Below, one piece after another: positions 55,060-64,000 of a stretch of 64,000 nt of DNA; the stretch's first letter is position 1; each line of letters opens with the position of its first letter. This DNA is from an uncultured Verrucomicrobiae bacterium (GTDB taxonomy: Bacteria > Verrucomicrobiota > Verrucomicrobiia > Chthoniobacterales > UBA10450). The DNA is taken from positions 160,001 through 224,000 of the forward strand of contig CAWIBO010000005.1 in NCBI GenBank assembly GCA_963834385.1, written 5' to 3'. The translations under genes and the position numbers were made by a program. The notes below the pieces were generated by a model that saw only the letters and a program-made list of their open reading frames with translations, did no database searches and was not told the DNA's origin.

Positions 55060-55087
55060 TTGCGGGGTGGTTTTTCCCTCCTATAGT
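55060..55087 (+). promoter_or_regulatory. Promoter of the str/S10 operon
   Basis: TTGCGG-16 bp-TATAGT with AT-rich sequence upstream (AAAATTTT). Confidence 0.6.
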
Positions 55088-55095
55088 GCCCGCTC

Positions 55096-55145
55096 TCCGC
55101 ATCAGGTTGCCTGAGCAGGGTATCACGGCCTGGAGCGGATTTTTT
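55096..55145 (+). promoter_or_regulatory. Terminator-like hairpin + U6 in the rpsL leader
   Basis: TCCGCATCAGGTTG pairs with CGGCCTGGAGCGGA and is followed by TTTTTT. Confidence 0.55.
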
Positions 55146-55187
55146 GTCGCCTGAATCTTAAGTTCGGGCGGCTTTTGTTTAACGGAA

Positions 55188-55598
<411 letters not shown>

Positions 55599-55609
55599 CC
55601 GCTGACGCG

Positions 55610-55742
55610 GAATGACGAATTACTAAGGACGAAAGAATGACGAGAAAGATCCAAAACCGGAAGAGGGCCAGCGCGATGACGACGATTCGTCATTCCTGCG
55701 CTGTCATTGGTTCGTCATCCGTCATTCGTCACTCGTCATTTT
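55610..55742. repeat. Inverted arrays of AATGACG/CGTCATT heptamers in the rpsL-rpsG spacer
   Basis: Left: AATGACG-AATTACT-AAGGACG-...-AATGACG. Right: TTCGTCATT...TTCGTCATCCGTCATTCGTCACTCGTCATT. Confidence 0.8.
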
Positions 55743-55781
55743 CCACCCTGCTCTCAACTTTCCAATAACCCTCACCACCCC

Positions 55782-56255
55782 ATGTCTCGTCGGCGAAAAG
55801 TTTATAAGAAGGAAGAAAAGGTGGATTCGCGCTACGGCAGCCCCGCGGTCGCGCGCCTGATCTCCACGGTGATGAAGCGCGGCAAGAAATCGCTCGCGGA
55901 ACGCATCGTCTACACCGCGATCGACAAATCGCGTGAAGGCTCGGACGCGGTTGATCCGCTCGAGGTGGTGAACAAGGCGCTCGAGAACGTGCGGCCCCGC
56001 CTCGAAGTGAAATCCCGCCGCGTCGGTGGCGCCACCTACCAGGTGCCGATGGAAGTGACCCCGGCCCGCCAGGTCTCCCTGGCCATGCGCTGGATCGTCA
56101 CCTACGCCGACAACCGCCGCGGCGTGCCGATGGCGGACGCCCTTGCCGCCGAATTGAAGGACGCCGCCGCCGGCCAGGGGAACGCGATCAAGAAACGCGA
56201 CGACACCCACAAGATGGCCCAGGCCAACCGCGCCTTCGCACATTTCCGCTGGTAA
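55782..56255 (+). CDS. rpsG: 30S ribosomal protein S7
   Basis: GKKSLAERIVY, SRRVGGATYQVP and MAQANRAFAHFRW. Confidence 0.99.
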   Translation: MSRRRKVYKKEEKVDSRYGSPAVARLISTVMKRGKKSLAERIVYTAIDKSREGSDAVDPLEVVNKALENVRPRLEVKSRRVGGATYQVPMEVTPARQVSLAMRWIVTYADNRRGVPMADALAAELKDAAAGQGNAIKKRDDTHKMAQANRAFAHFRW

Positions 56256-56273
56256 CGAATTTTTTCCCCGGTC

Positions 56274-58448
56274 ATGGCTACTGCAACTCTCGATAAACCC
56301 TCCAAGTCGGCGAACCCGAACTCGCCCAACCGGAAGTTCCCGCTCGAAAAGACGCGGAACATCGGCATTGCCGCGCACATTGACGCCGGCAAGACGACGC
56401 TGACCGAGCGCATCCTTTTCTACACCGGCATGATCCACAAGATCGGTGAGGTGCACGAGGGCACCACCGTGACCGACTGGATGGAGCAGGAGCGTGAGCG
56501 GGGCATCACCATCACCTCCGCCGCCACCACCTGCGCCTGGACGCAGAAACCGGAAACGGGCGTTTACAAGATGTATGAAGGCGTGAAAATGCGCGTCAAC
56601 ATCATCGACACGCCGGGTCACGTGGATTTTACCGCGGAAGTCGAGCGTTCGCTCCGCGTGCTCGATGGCGCCATCGCGGTGTTCGACGCCGTCGCCGGGG
56701 TGCAGCCGCAGTCGGAGACGGTTTGGCGGCAGGCGAACAAATACAAGGTCCCGCGCATCGCCTTCATCAATAAGATGGACCGCGTCGGCGCTGACTTTGC
56801 CGCGGCGGTTGATTCGATGCACAAGAAGTTGGCCGCGAATGCCTGGCCGATCCTGATTCCGTTGGGCAAGGAAGACTATTTGAAGGGTCAGCTCGACGTC
56901 GTGAACCGGAAAGCGGTTTTCTATCTCGACAACGACGTCATGGGTTCGACCTACGAAGTCCGCGAAGTGCCGGAGGAGAACAAGGAAGAGGTCGAAAAGG
57001 CCTACGCTGTCCTGGTCGAGCAGATTTCCAATATTGACGACGAAATCGCGGAAGCGGTTCTCGAGGAAAAGGAGATCACCCCGCAAATGCTCAAGGCGGG
57101 CATTCGTCGTCAGACAATCGCGAACAAGTTCGTTCCCGTGGTTGGGGGCTCCGCCTTCAAGAACAAGGGCGTCCAGTATCTTGTCGACGCCGTGATCGAT
57201 TATCTCCCGGGTCCGCTCGACATTCCGCCCGCCGTCGGCCTGGAGCCCGATTCGCACGAGAAGATGGAGGCGCCGACGGATGACAACGGCAAATTCTGCT
57301 CGCTCGCCTTCAAGCTTTGGAGCGATCCGTTCGTGGGCAAGCTCGTTTTCTTCCGTGTCTATTCCGGTTCGCTGAGCAAGGGCGACAACGTCTACAACCC
57401 GCGCACGAACAAACGCGAGCGCATCTCGCGCCTGATCCAGATTCAGGCCGACAAGCGGGAGGACATCGACACCTGTTACTCGGGCGACATTGCCGCCATC
57501 GTGGGCATCAAGAACATCACGACGGGTGACACGCTCTGTGACGAGGATCATCCGATCCTGCTCGAGCCGCCTTCCTTCCCCGATCCGGTTATTTCGATGG
57601 CGATCGAGCCGAAGACGAAGCAGGACCAGGAAAAGATGGGCGTCGCCCTGCAGCGCCTCTCGGAAGAGGATCCGACTTTCAAGGTCTTCACGCATGAAGA
57701 CACCGGCCAGACGATCATTGCCGGGATGGGTGAACTCCATCTCGAGATCATTCGCGACCGCATGCTGCGCGAATTCAAGGTGGACGCGAACGCGGGCAAA
57801 CCGCAGATCGCCTACCGCGAGACCATCACCGCGCCGGCCGACGGCGAGGGCAAGCTGATCAAGCAATCGGGCGGTCGTGGTCAATACGGCCACGTCATCA
57901 TCAAGGTTCAGCCCAACGAGCGCGGCAAGGGCATCACGATCGAGAACAAGGTCGTGGGTGGCAACATTCCGAAGGAGTACATCCCAGCCTGCAAGAAGGG
58001 GATCGAGGAAGCGATGCTCAATGGCGTCATTGGCGGTTACCAGGTGATCGACGCCAACATCGACATTGTGGACGGCTCCTATCACGACGTCGACTCGAAC
58101 GAAATGGCCTTCAAGCTCGCGGCCATTTTTGCGGTGAAAGACGCCTTCAAGAAGGCGAAACCGATCCTGCTCGAGCCCATCATGAAGGTGGAGAATGCCA
58201 CCCCGGAAGAGTATCAGGGCGACATCATGGGCGATTTGAATCGTCGGCGCGGCAAGATCGCCAGCATCGAGGTGAAGGGAAACCTGACCATGGTGCAGGC
58301 CGAGGTGCCGCTGGCCGAGATGTTCGGTTACGCCACCGCCATTCGTTCACTTTCCAAGGGCCGTTCGAGCTATTCCATGGAGCCCTCGCATTTCGAACAA
58401 GTCCCGCAACAGCTCGTCGCGGCCGTTCTCGACCAGAAGGAAAAATAG
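56274..58448 (+). CDS. fusA: Elongation factor G
   Basis: [29 protein letters not shown] and [11 protein letters not shown]. Confidence 0.99.
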   Translation: MATATLDKPSKSANPNSPNRKFPLEKTRNIGIAAHIDAGKTTLTERILFYTGMIHKIGEVHEGTTVTDWMEQERERGITITSAATTCAWTQKPETGVYKMYEGVKMRVNIIDTPGHVDFTAEVERSLRVLDGAIAVFDAVAGVQPQSETVWRQANKYKVPRIAFINKMDRVGADFAAAVDSMHKKLAANAWPILIPLGKEDYLKGQLDVVNRKAVFYLDNDVMGSTYEVREVPEENKEEVEKAYAVLVEQISNIDDEIAEAVLEEKEITPQMLKAGIRRQTIANKFVPVVGGSAFKNKGVQYLVDAVIDYLPGPLDIPPAVGLEPDSHEKMEAPTDDNGKFCSLAFKLWSDPFVGKLVFFRVYSGSLSKGDNVYNPRTNKRERISRLIQIQADKREDIDTCYSGDIAAIVGIKNITTGDTLCDEDHPILLEPPSFPDPVISMAIEPKTKQDQEKMGVALQRLSEEDPTFKVFTHEDTGQTIIAGMGELHLEIIRDRMLREFKVDANAGKPQIAYRETITAPADGEGKLIKQSGGRGQYGHVIIKVQPNERGKGITIENKVVGGNIPKEYIPACKKGIEEAMLNGVIGGYQVIDANIDIVDGSYHDVDSNEMAFKLAAIFAVKDAFKKAKPILLEPIMKVENATPEEYQGDIMGDLNRRRGKIASIEVKGNLTMVQAEVPLAEMFGYATAIRSLSKGRSSYSMEPSHFEQVPQQLVAAVLDQKEK

Positions 58449-58451
58449 AGT

Positions 58452-58763
58452 ATGACGAACGGTCAGCGCATTCGCATTCGCCTCAAGGCATTCGACCACC
58501 GAATGCTCGATCAATCCGCCGTCGACATCGTCGAGACGGCCAAGCGCACCGGCGCCCGCGTGGCGGGGCCGATCCCGCTTCCGACGCTGATCGAGAAGTT
58601 CACGGTCAACCGGTCGCCCCACGTCGACAAGAAGTCGATGGACCAGTTCGAAATCCGGACGCACAAGCGCCTGCTCGACATCATTGAACCCACCGCCAAG
58701 ACGGTCGATGAGCTGAAGAAGCTGAACCTCCCGGCGGGTGTCGACATCACGATCAAGATTTAA
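58452..58763 (+). CDS. rpsJ: 30S ribosomal protein S10
   Basis: [17 protein letters not shown] and [10 protein letters not shown]. Confidence 0.99.
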   Translation: MTNGQRIRIRLKAFDHRMLDQSAVDIVETAKRTGARVAGPIPLPTLIEKFTVNRSPHVDKKSMDQFEIRTHKRLLDIIEPTAKTVDELKKLNLPAGVDITIKI

Positions 58764-58775
58764 ACCTTTAACCCA

Positions 58776-58856
58776 GTCATTCTGAGCGAAGCGAAGAATT
58801 TTACAGACCCTTTTATCGAGCGCGCGAGCGGGACCCGTCGCGGCGCGCAGGATGAC
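58776..58856. repeat. Inverted-repeat mini element in the rpsJ-rplC spacer
   Basis: GTCATTCTGAGCGAAGCGAAGAAT ... GGACCCGTCGCGGCGCGCAGGATGAC; same family as the 31-bp repeats at 19414 and 19551. Confidence 0.75.
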
Positions 58857-58869
58857 AAACGCCACCACC

Positions 58870-59520
58870 ATGAGCATCGGATTACTTGGACAGAAAATTG
58901 GCATGACCAGCGTTTACGACGCCAACGGCAAGCTCCGTCCGGTGACCGTGATCGCGGCGGGCGATAACACGCTCCTGCAGCGCATGACAGGTGAGCGCAA
59001 CGGCTATTCGGCCATCCAGGTCGGGTTCGGCGCGCAGAAGGAATCGCGCCTGAACAAATCCGCCCTGGGGCAGTTCAAGGCCGCCGGTTCCGAGCCGAAG
59101 AAGCTCGTGCGCGAGTTTCGCCTGAAGGAGGACGCGCCGGAAGGCGAGATGAACCTGAGCGTGACCCAGTTCCAGCCGGGCGATTTCGTCGACGTCATTG
59201 GCCGCTCCAAGGGCAAGGGATTCCAGGGCGTCATGAAGAAGCACAATTTTGCCGGCCAGGGGGCTGCGCACGGTTCCAAGACGCACCGGCGCAACGGCGC
59301 CATCGGCAACCGTTCCACCCCGGGCCGCGTCTGGAAGAACATGGGCATGCCCGGCCACATGGGCGACGAGCGCGTCACGGTGCAAAACCTCCAGGTCCTG
59401 CAGGTGCGCGAGAACGAAAAAGTGATTTTGATCAGCGGCGCGGTCCCAGGGGCCAACGGCAGCTACGTGGTCGTGCGCCCGGCGATCAAGAAACCCGTCG
59501 CGGGAGGCAAGGCAGAATGA
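58870..59520 (+). CDS. rplC: 50S ribosomal protein L3
   Basis: KIGMT, GYSAIQVG, SKGKGFQGVMK and MPGHMG. Confidence 0.98.
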   Translation: MSIGLLGQKIGMTSVYDANGKLRPVTVIAAGDNTLLQRMTGERNGYSAIQVGFGAQKESRLNKSALGQFKAAGSEPKKLVREFRLKEDAPEGEMNLSVTQFQPGDFVDVIGRSKGKGFQGVMKKHNFAGQGAAHGSKTHRRNGAIGNRSTPGRVWKNMGMPGHMGDERVTVQNLQVLQVRENEKVILISGAVPGANGSYVVVRPAIKKPVAGGKAE

Positions 59521-60131
59521 GCGCTAAAGTTTTAACCGTTGACGCGGCCAAGGAGGCCAATCTCGAACTGATCGAGAACGGACGCGGCACGCAGGCGGTG
59601 CACGATGTCGTCGTGGCCATGCGGGCGGCCCGCCGTTCCGGCTCGGCCAACTCCAAGACGAAGGCGGAAGTGGCCTTTTCCGGCGCCAAACCCTGGCGCC
59701 AGAAGGGGACCGGTCGCGCCCGCGCCGGCTACAAGTCCTCGCCGATCTGGCGCAAAGGCGGCGTGGTCTTCGGACCGAAGCCCCGCGATTACTCCAAGAA
59801 GGTTTCGAAGAACACCCGCCGGCTTGCCTTTCGCAAGGCGCTCTCCTCGCGCATCACCGCCGGTGATGTGCTGACCCTCGAGACTTTCGCGGTCAAGGAA
59901 GCGAAGACGAAGAGCTTCGTCCAGCTTTTGCAGAAGCAGACCGACGCGCGCAAGGTGCTCCTGATCGCCGACGCCTTCGACGAGAACACCTACAAGTCGG
60001 CCCGGAACGTCCAGCCGGTCCTGCTGGCCACGGCGCGCGAGGTGAACACCGAGCAGTTGCTCGCCTTCGACAAGATCCTGGTCACGGGCAAGGCCCTCGA
60101 GCTCCTCGCGGAAAGGACCAAAAGCGAATGA
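59517..60131 (+). CDS. rplD: 50S ribosomal protein L4
   Basis: KPWRQKGTGRARAG and GGVVFGPKPRDY. Confidence 0.98.
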   Translation: MSAKVLTVDAAKEANLELIENGRGTQAVHDVVVAMRAARRSGSANSKTKAEVAFSGAKPWRQKGTGRARAGYKSSPIWRKGGVVFGPKPRDYSKKVSKNTRRLAFRKALSSRITAGDVLTLETFAVKEAKTKSFVQLLQKQTDARKVLLIADAFDENTYKSARNVQPVLLATAREVNTEQLLAFDKILVTGKALELLAERTKSE

Positions 60132-60412
60132 ACGACCATTTTGACATCATCCAGACCGCCTCGCTGACCGAGAAGTCCTCGCTCCTGAGCGAGAAGCAGA
60201 ACAAGTACGTCTTCCGCGTGGCCCCGCGCGCGAACAAGCTGCAGATCAAGAGCGCGATCGAGAAACTTTTCAACAAGAAGGTCGTGGCCGTGAACACGTG
60301 CAATTATGCCGGGAAAAAGAAGCGCGAGCGTCGCGCCGATTTCGGGCGGAAACCGCACTGGAAAAAGGCCATCGTGACCCTGAAGGAGGGCGAGAAGATC
60401 GATCTCGCCTAA
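60128..60412 (+). CDS. rplW: 50S ribosomal protein L23
   Basis: TEKS, ANKLQIKSAIE and WKKAIVTL. Confidence 0.98.
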   Translation: MNDHFDIIQTASLTEKSSLLSEKQNKYVFRVAPRANKLQIKSAIEKLFNKKVVAVNTCNYAGKKKRERRADFGRKPHWKKAIVTLKEGEKIDLA

Positions 60413-60418
60413 AGAATC

Positions 60419-61260
60419 ATGGCACTCCGCAAGTTCAGACCCCTCACTCCCGCCTCGCGTTACAAGCAGACGCCGGCTTTCACCGAGATTACCCGGTCGA
60501 AGCCGGACAAGAGCCTGCTCGAGCCGAAGAAGCGCAGCGGCGGCCGCAACAACAACGGCCGGCTGACCTCGCGCCACATTGGCGGCGGTCACAAGCAGAA
60601 GTACCGCAAGGTCGATTTCAAGCGCCGCAAGCACGACGTTCCCGCCGAAGTGGTCGGCATCGAATATGATCCGAACCGTTCCGCCCGGATCGCCCTGATC
60701 AAGTATACCGATGGCGAGCAGAGCTACATTCTCGCGCCGGAGGGTCTGGCCGCCGGGGCGCGCGTGGTGGCCGGAGCCGAGGTTGCGCCCGACCTGGGCA
60801 ATTCGCTCCCGCTTCGTTCCATCCCGCTGGGCACCAACATTCATAACATCGAGCTGACGCCGGGCCGGGGCGGCCAGGTGGCGCGCAGCGCCGGCCAGCA
60901 GGCGATCCTGAGCAACCGCGAGGGCGGCTACGCGCTGGTGCAGCATGCCTTCCGGGGAAATTCGCCGGATCCACGAGGATTGTTTCGCCACCATGGGCCA
61001 GGTCGGCAACGTCGATCACATGAACGTTTCCAGCGGCAAGGCCGGCCGCACCCGCTGGCAGGGGCGCCGCCCGCATGTCCGCGGCATGGTCATGAACCCG
61101 ATCGATCACCCGATGGGTGGCGGTCAGGGCAAGTCCAAGGGCGGTGGCGGACGTCATCACCCGGTGAGCCCGTGGGGCCAGCTGGCCAAGGGCTTCAAGA
61201 CCCGCGCGAAATACAAGACGAGCGACCGCTTCATCGTCGAGCGGCGCCGAGAAGAAATAA
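60419..61260 (+). CDS. rplB: 50S ribosomal protein L2; frameshifts near 60943 and 61248
   Basis: GRNNNGR and [12 protein letters not shown]; second frame MPSGE...[16 protein letters not shown]. Confidence 0.97.
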
Positions 61261-61263
61261 TTT

Positions 61264-61542
61264 ATGGGCAGATCGCTAAAAAAAGGACCCTTCGTCGAGC
61301 CGCATCTTCTGGAGAAGATCGACAAGATGAACGCCGCGGCGGCGAAGAAGCCGATCAAGACCTGGTCGCGGCGCTCCATGGTCACGCCGGATTTCGTCGG
61401 GCACACCTTCCTGGTGCACAACGGGAAGAATTTTACCTCCGTTTTCGTGACCGAGAACATGGTCGGTCACAAGCTGGGTGAATTTTCGCCTACCCGAATC
61501 TTCAAGAAGCATGGTTCGCACACCGCGAAGGTGACGAAATAA
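61264..61542 (+). CDS. rpsS: 30S ribosomal protein S19
   Basis: [15 protein letters not shown] and [11 protein letters not shown]. Confidence 0.99.
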   Translation: MGRSLKKGPFVEPHLLEKIDKMNAAAAKKPIKTWSRRSMVTPDFVGHTFLVHNGKNFTSVFVTENMVGHKLGEFSPTRIFKKHGSHTAKVTK

Positions 61543-62388
61543 GTGAAATTTTTAGCTGCGACGTTCGGTGGCCGGGTCAAACCGGCGGCCGGTCAGCGCG
61601 GCTTTGGGTTGGCAGTGTTGGGCTGCGTAGCGCTGGCTTGCGGGCCGGCGGCAGAGGGAAACAGTTCTTTGTCAGATTCAAATCTTGAAACGACCGAAGC
61701 GAAAGTGACGGCCGAGATGCTATTTTCGCAGAACGAGGCGTTGCGTCAGCAACTCTCGCTCGAGCGGGAATCGGTCCGGACCCTGACCTCCAGTCTGGCG
61801 GAGTCGAATGCGGAGGCGGAAGTGTTCCGCCGCAAGTATGCCGATCTCAAGCTGCGGATGGAGGCGCTGGGGCTGGACGCGGCCAGCGCAGACCGGGCCA
61901 AGCTGGAGCAGCGATTGCTCCACGCGGTCAACGACCTGCAACTGGCGGTGAAGGAACGCGAACAGTTTCGCGACCAGATGCTGCGGCTGACCGAGGCCAT
62001 CTTTCATTACCTGCAGACCGCGCAGGGTGGAGGAGATGCCCAGGCCCGCATGGACGTGGAGGCGCAGTTGCGCGCCACGAACGAGCTGGTCGGCGGCGGC
62101 GGGCCCGTGCCCGTCTCGGCCCAGCCGAGCCTGCTCGACGGCATCGTCATCACGGTGAAGGAGGAATGGTCGCTTGTCGTGGGAAACCTCGGCGAGCAGC
62201 AGGGCGTCAAAGTCGGCATGCCGTTCCAGGTGCTGCGGGGCGAGAAACTGATCGCGCTCGTGCGCGTGGTGGATGTGCGCGAGAAAATCTGCGGCGCGGT
62301 TGTTCAGGAAATGAGTTCGGCGAAGGAAAAAATACAGGTGGGCGATCGGCTCCAGGTCGATGCCCGCTCCAATTTGAGTTTAAAATAA
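61543..62388 (+). CDS. Hypothetical exported/membrane-anchored coiled-coil protein with C-terminal beta domain, inside the S10 operon
   Basis: Intact 281-aa ORF that exactly fills the rpsS-rplV gap; hydrophobic N-terminus, heptad-rich middle, VVGNLG--QGVKVGMPFQVLR...VGDRL. Confidence 0.82.
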   Translation: MKFLAATFGGRVKPAAGQRGFGLAVLGCVALACGPAAEGNSSLSDSNLETTEAKVTAEMLFSQNEALRQQLSLERESVRTLTSSLAESNAEAEVFRRKYADLKLRMEALGLDAASADRAKLEQRLLHAVNDLQLAVKEREQFRDQMLRLTEAIFHYLQTAQGGGDAQARMDVEAQLRATNELVGGGGPVPVSAQPSLLDGIVITVKEEWSLVVGNLGEQQGVKVGMPFQVLRGEKLIALVRVVDVREKICGAVVQEMSSAKEKIQVGDRLQVDARSNLSLK

Positions 62389-62858
62389 ATGGAAGTTCGA
62401 TCGATATACAGGTTTGCGCAGATCTCGCCCTTCAAGGCGCGCGAGGTCACGCGTGAGATCCAGGGTCTGCCCGTGGCAGCCGCGCTGGATCTCGTGGCCT
62501 TCAGCCCGAAAAAGGCCGCGACCCTCGTGGGCAAGACGCTCAAGAGCGCCGTGGCCAATGCCGAGAACAACGCCAACCTCAAGGTCGAAGGCCTCGTGGT
62601 GAAGGAAGCCGTCGTCGGCGAAGGCCCGACCATGAAGCGCATGATGACGCGCGCCCGCGGCAGCGGCAGCGGCATATTCGAAGCGGACCAGCCACATCCG
62701 CATCATTTTGACGGACGAGATCGAGATTGAAACCCGGGCCAGCCGCAAGGCGGAGAAGAAGAAGAGCCGCCAGAGTCGGCGCCAAAGCCGCGCCGGAAGC
62801 GGCGGCCGAAGGAGCCGGCGCCGAAACGGGCCGCAACAAAACGAAGGCAAAGAAATAA
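62389..62858 (+). CDS. rplV: 50S ribosomal protein L22 with Ala/Lys-rich C-terminal extension; frameshifts near 62678 and later
   Basis: ISPFKAREV, SAVANAENN and GPTMKR---RARG; shifted frame KRTSHIRIIL; the tail probably ends ...KTKAKK at the TAA at 62856-62858. Confidence 0.92.
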
Positions 62859-62861
62859 GTT

Positions 62862-63556
62862 ATGGGACAAAAAGTTAATCCGATCGGATTTCGTCTCGCG
62901 GTGAACCGCGACTGGCGTTCGCGCTGGTATGCCTCGCCGCAGGAGATGCCCGCCTTTCTGCACAGCGACATCGAGATTCGCACCTACGTGAAGAGAAAGC
63001 TCCAGTTCGCCGCGGTCGCGAAGATCGTCATCGAGCGCGCCTGGAACAGCATTCGCGTCACCATTTCCACCGCCCGCCCGGGCATCGTCATCGGCCGCAA
63101 AGGCGCGGAGATCGAGAAGATGACCGAGGAGATCTCGCGCATGTCCAGGGGCAAGCAGGTCAAGATCGACATCCAGGAAATCAAGACGCCGGAGCTCGAC
63201 GCCCAGCTCGTGGCGGAGAACGTCGCCCTCCAGATCGAGCGCCGCATCTCCTTCCGCCGCGCCATGAAGAAGGCGGTGCAGACCACCATGGATTTCGGTG
63301 CCGCACGGCATCCGGATCCGCTGCGCCGGCCGCCTCGGCGGCGCGGAAATTTCGCCGCGCGGAATGGTATCGCGAGGGCAAGATCCCGCTCCACACCCTG
63401 CGCAGCCGATCGATTACGGTTTCGCCGAGGCCAACACCGTTTACGGCAAGATCGGCGTGAAATGCTGGATCTGCAAAAAGGAGGAGGCCCGCGAGTCGAG
63501 CCGGCCGGCGCCTTCGCTGCCGCCCCCGCCGCGCTCCCGCCACCGCTGAAGCCTGA
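62862..63556 (+). CDS. rpsC: 30S ribosomal protein S3; several frameshifts after about 63300, end approximate
   Basis: [22 protein letters not shown] and FRRAMK; other frames GRLGGAE and [12 protein letters not shown]. Confidence 0.96.
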
Positions 63557-63574
63557 TTTTAAGGAGATACTGAC

Positions 63575-63999
63575 ATGCCATTGATGCCCAAACGCGTGAA
63601 GTACCGCAAGACCCAGCGCGGCAGCCGCGCAGGGAACGGCTTCACGCAATCTCCGGATCGACTTCGGCGAATTCGGTCTGCAGACGCTGGAGCGCGCCTG
63701 GATCACCAACACCCAGATCGAAGCCGCCCGTGTCGCGCTCACCCGCAACATGAAGCGCAAAGGCAAGCTCTGGATCCGCATTTTCCCCGACAAGTCCGTC
63801 ACCTCGCGTCCGCCGGAAACCCGCATGGGCAAGGGCAAGGGCCAGCCGGAATATTGGGTCGCCACCGTTCGCCCCGGCAACATCCTGTTCGAACTCGACG
63901 GCGTGCCGGAGTCGGTCGCCCGCGAGTCGCTGCGCCTCGCCGCCGAACAAGCTGCCGGTCCGCACCAAGTTCCTGACGCGCCACCACGTCGCCGCCTGA
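63575..63999 (+). CDS. rplP: 50S ribosomal protein L16; frameshifts near 63640 and 63943
   Basis: PKRVKYRK; shifted frame [21 protein letters not shown] and RMGKGKG. Confidence 0.96.
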
Positions 64000-64000
64000 A

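Noticed and set aside
55722..58085. Long antisense ORFs (787 aa here; also 956-2716, 20222-22144, 48155-49816 and others)
   Set aside because: These are shadow frames opposite well-conserved genes in high-GC DNA, with no recognisable motifs.
60419..63999. Pseudogenisation of ribosomal protein genes
   Set aside because: These are essential genes with intact motifs in adjacent frames; sequencing error is far more likely.

Overview
GC-rich bacterial chromosome segment. It is probably Verrucomicrobiota (Spartobacteria/Chthoniobacterales-like), inferred from the fusA-rpsJ join without tuf, the long N-terminus of LepB, the tandem CNNM genes and the W-x3-DP helical-repeat proteins. Most of it is housekeeping: 5' thrS, an LPS cluster, gluQ, lepA/lepB, hpnD, a UbiD decarboxylase, ybaB-dnaX, an M16 peptidase pair, smc, and the str/S10 ribosomal cluster from rpsL to rplP. 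Well over a dozen single-base frameshifts, several in essential ribosomal genes, point to an unpolished long-read assembly rather than real pseudogenes. I saw no rRNA, tRNA, CRISPR array, transposase or prophage. Main observations: (1) a self-contained two-gene unit at 44436-45022 with a CutF/CruR-like Cys + poly-Pro leader, a hairpin, an unannotated 44-aa secreted peptide with three CC pairs, and a terminator, a candidate metal-responsive system; (2) REP-like palindromic doublets inserted in frame inside thrS and a YyaL-like gene; (3) a coiled-coil envelope-protein gene placed with zero spacing between rpsS and rplV; (4) two paralogous helical-repeat genes splitting lepA from lepB; (5) several mini-repeat families in intergenic spacers, including inside the ribosomal operon; (6) an attenuator-like rpsL leader and an NrdR-like box upstream of smc.
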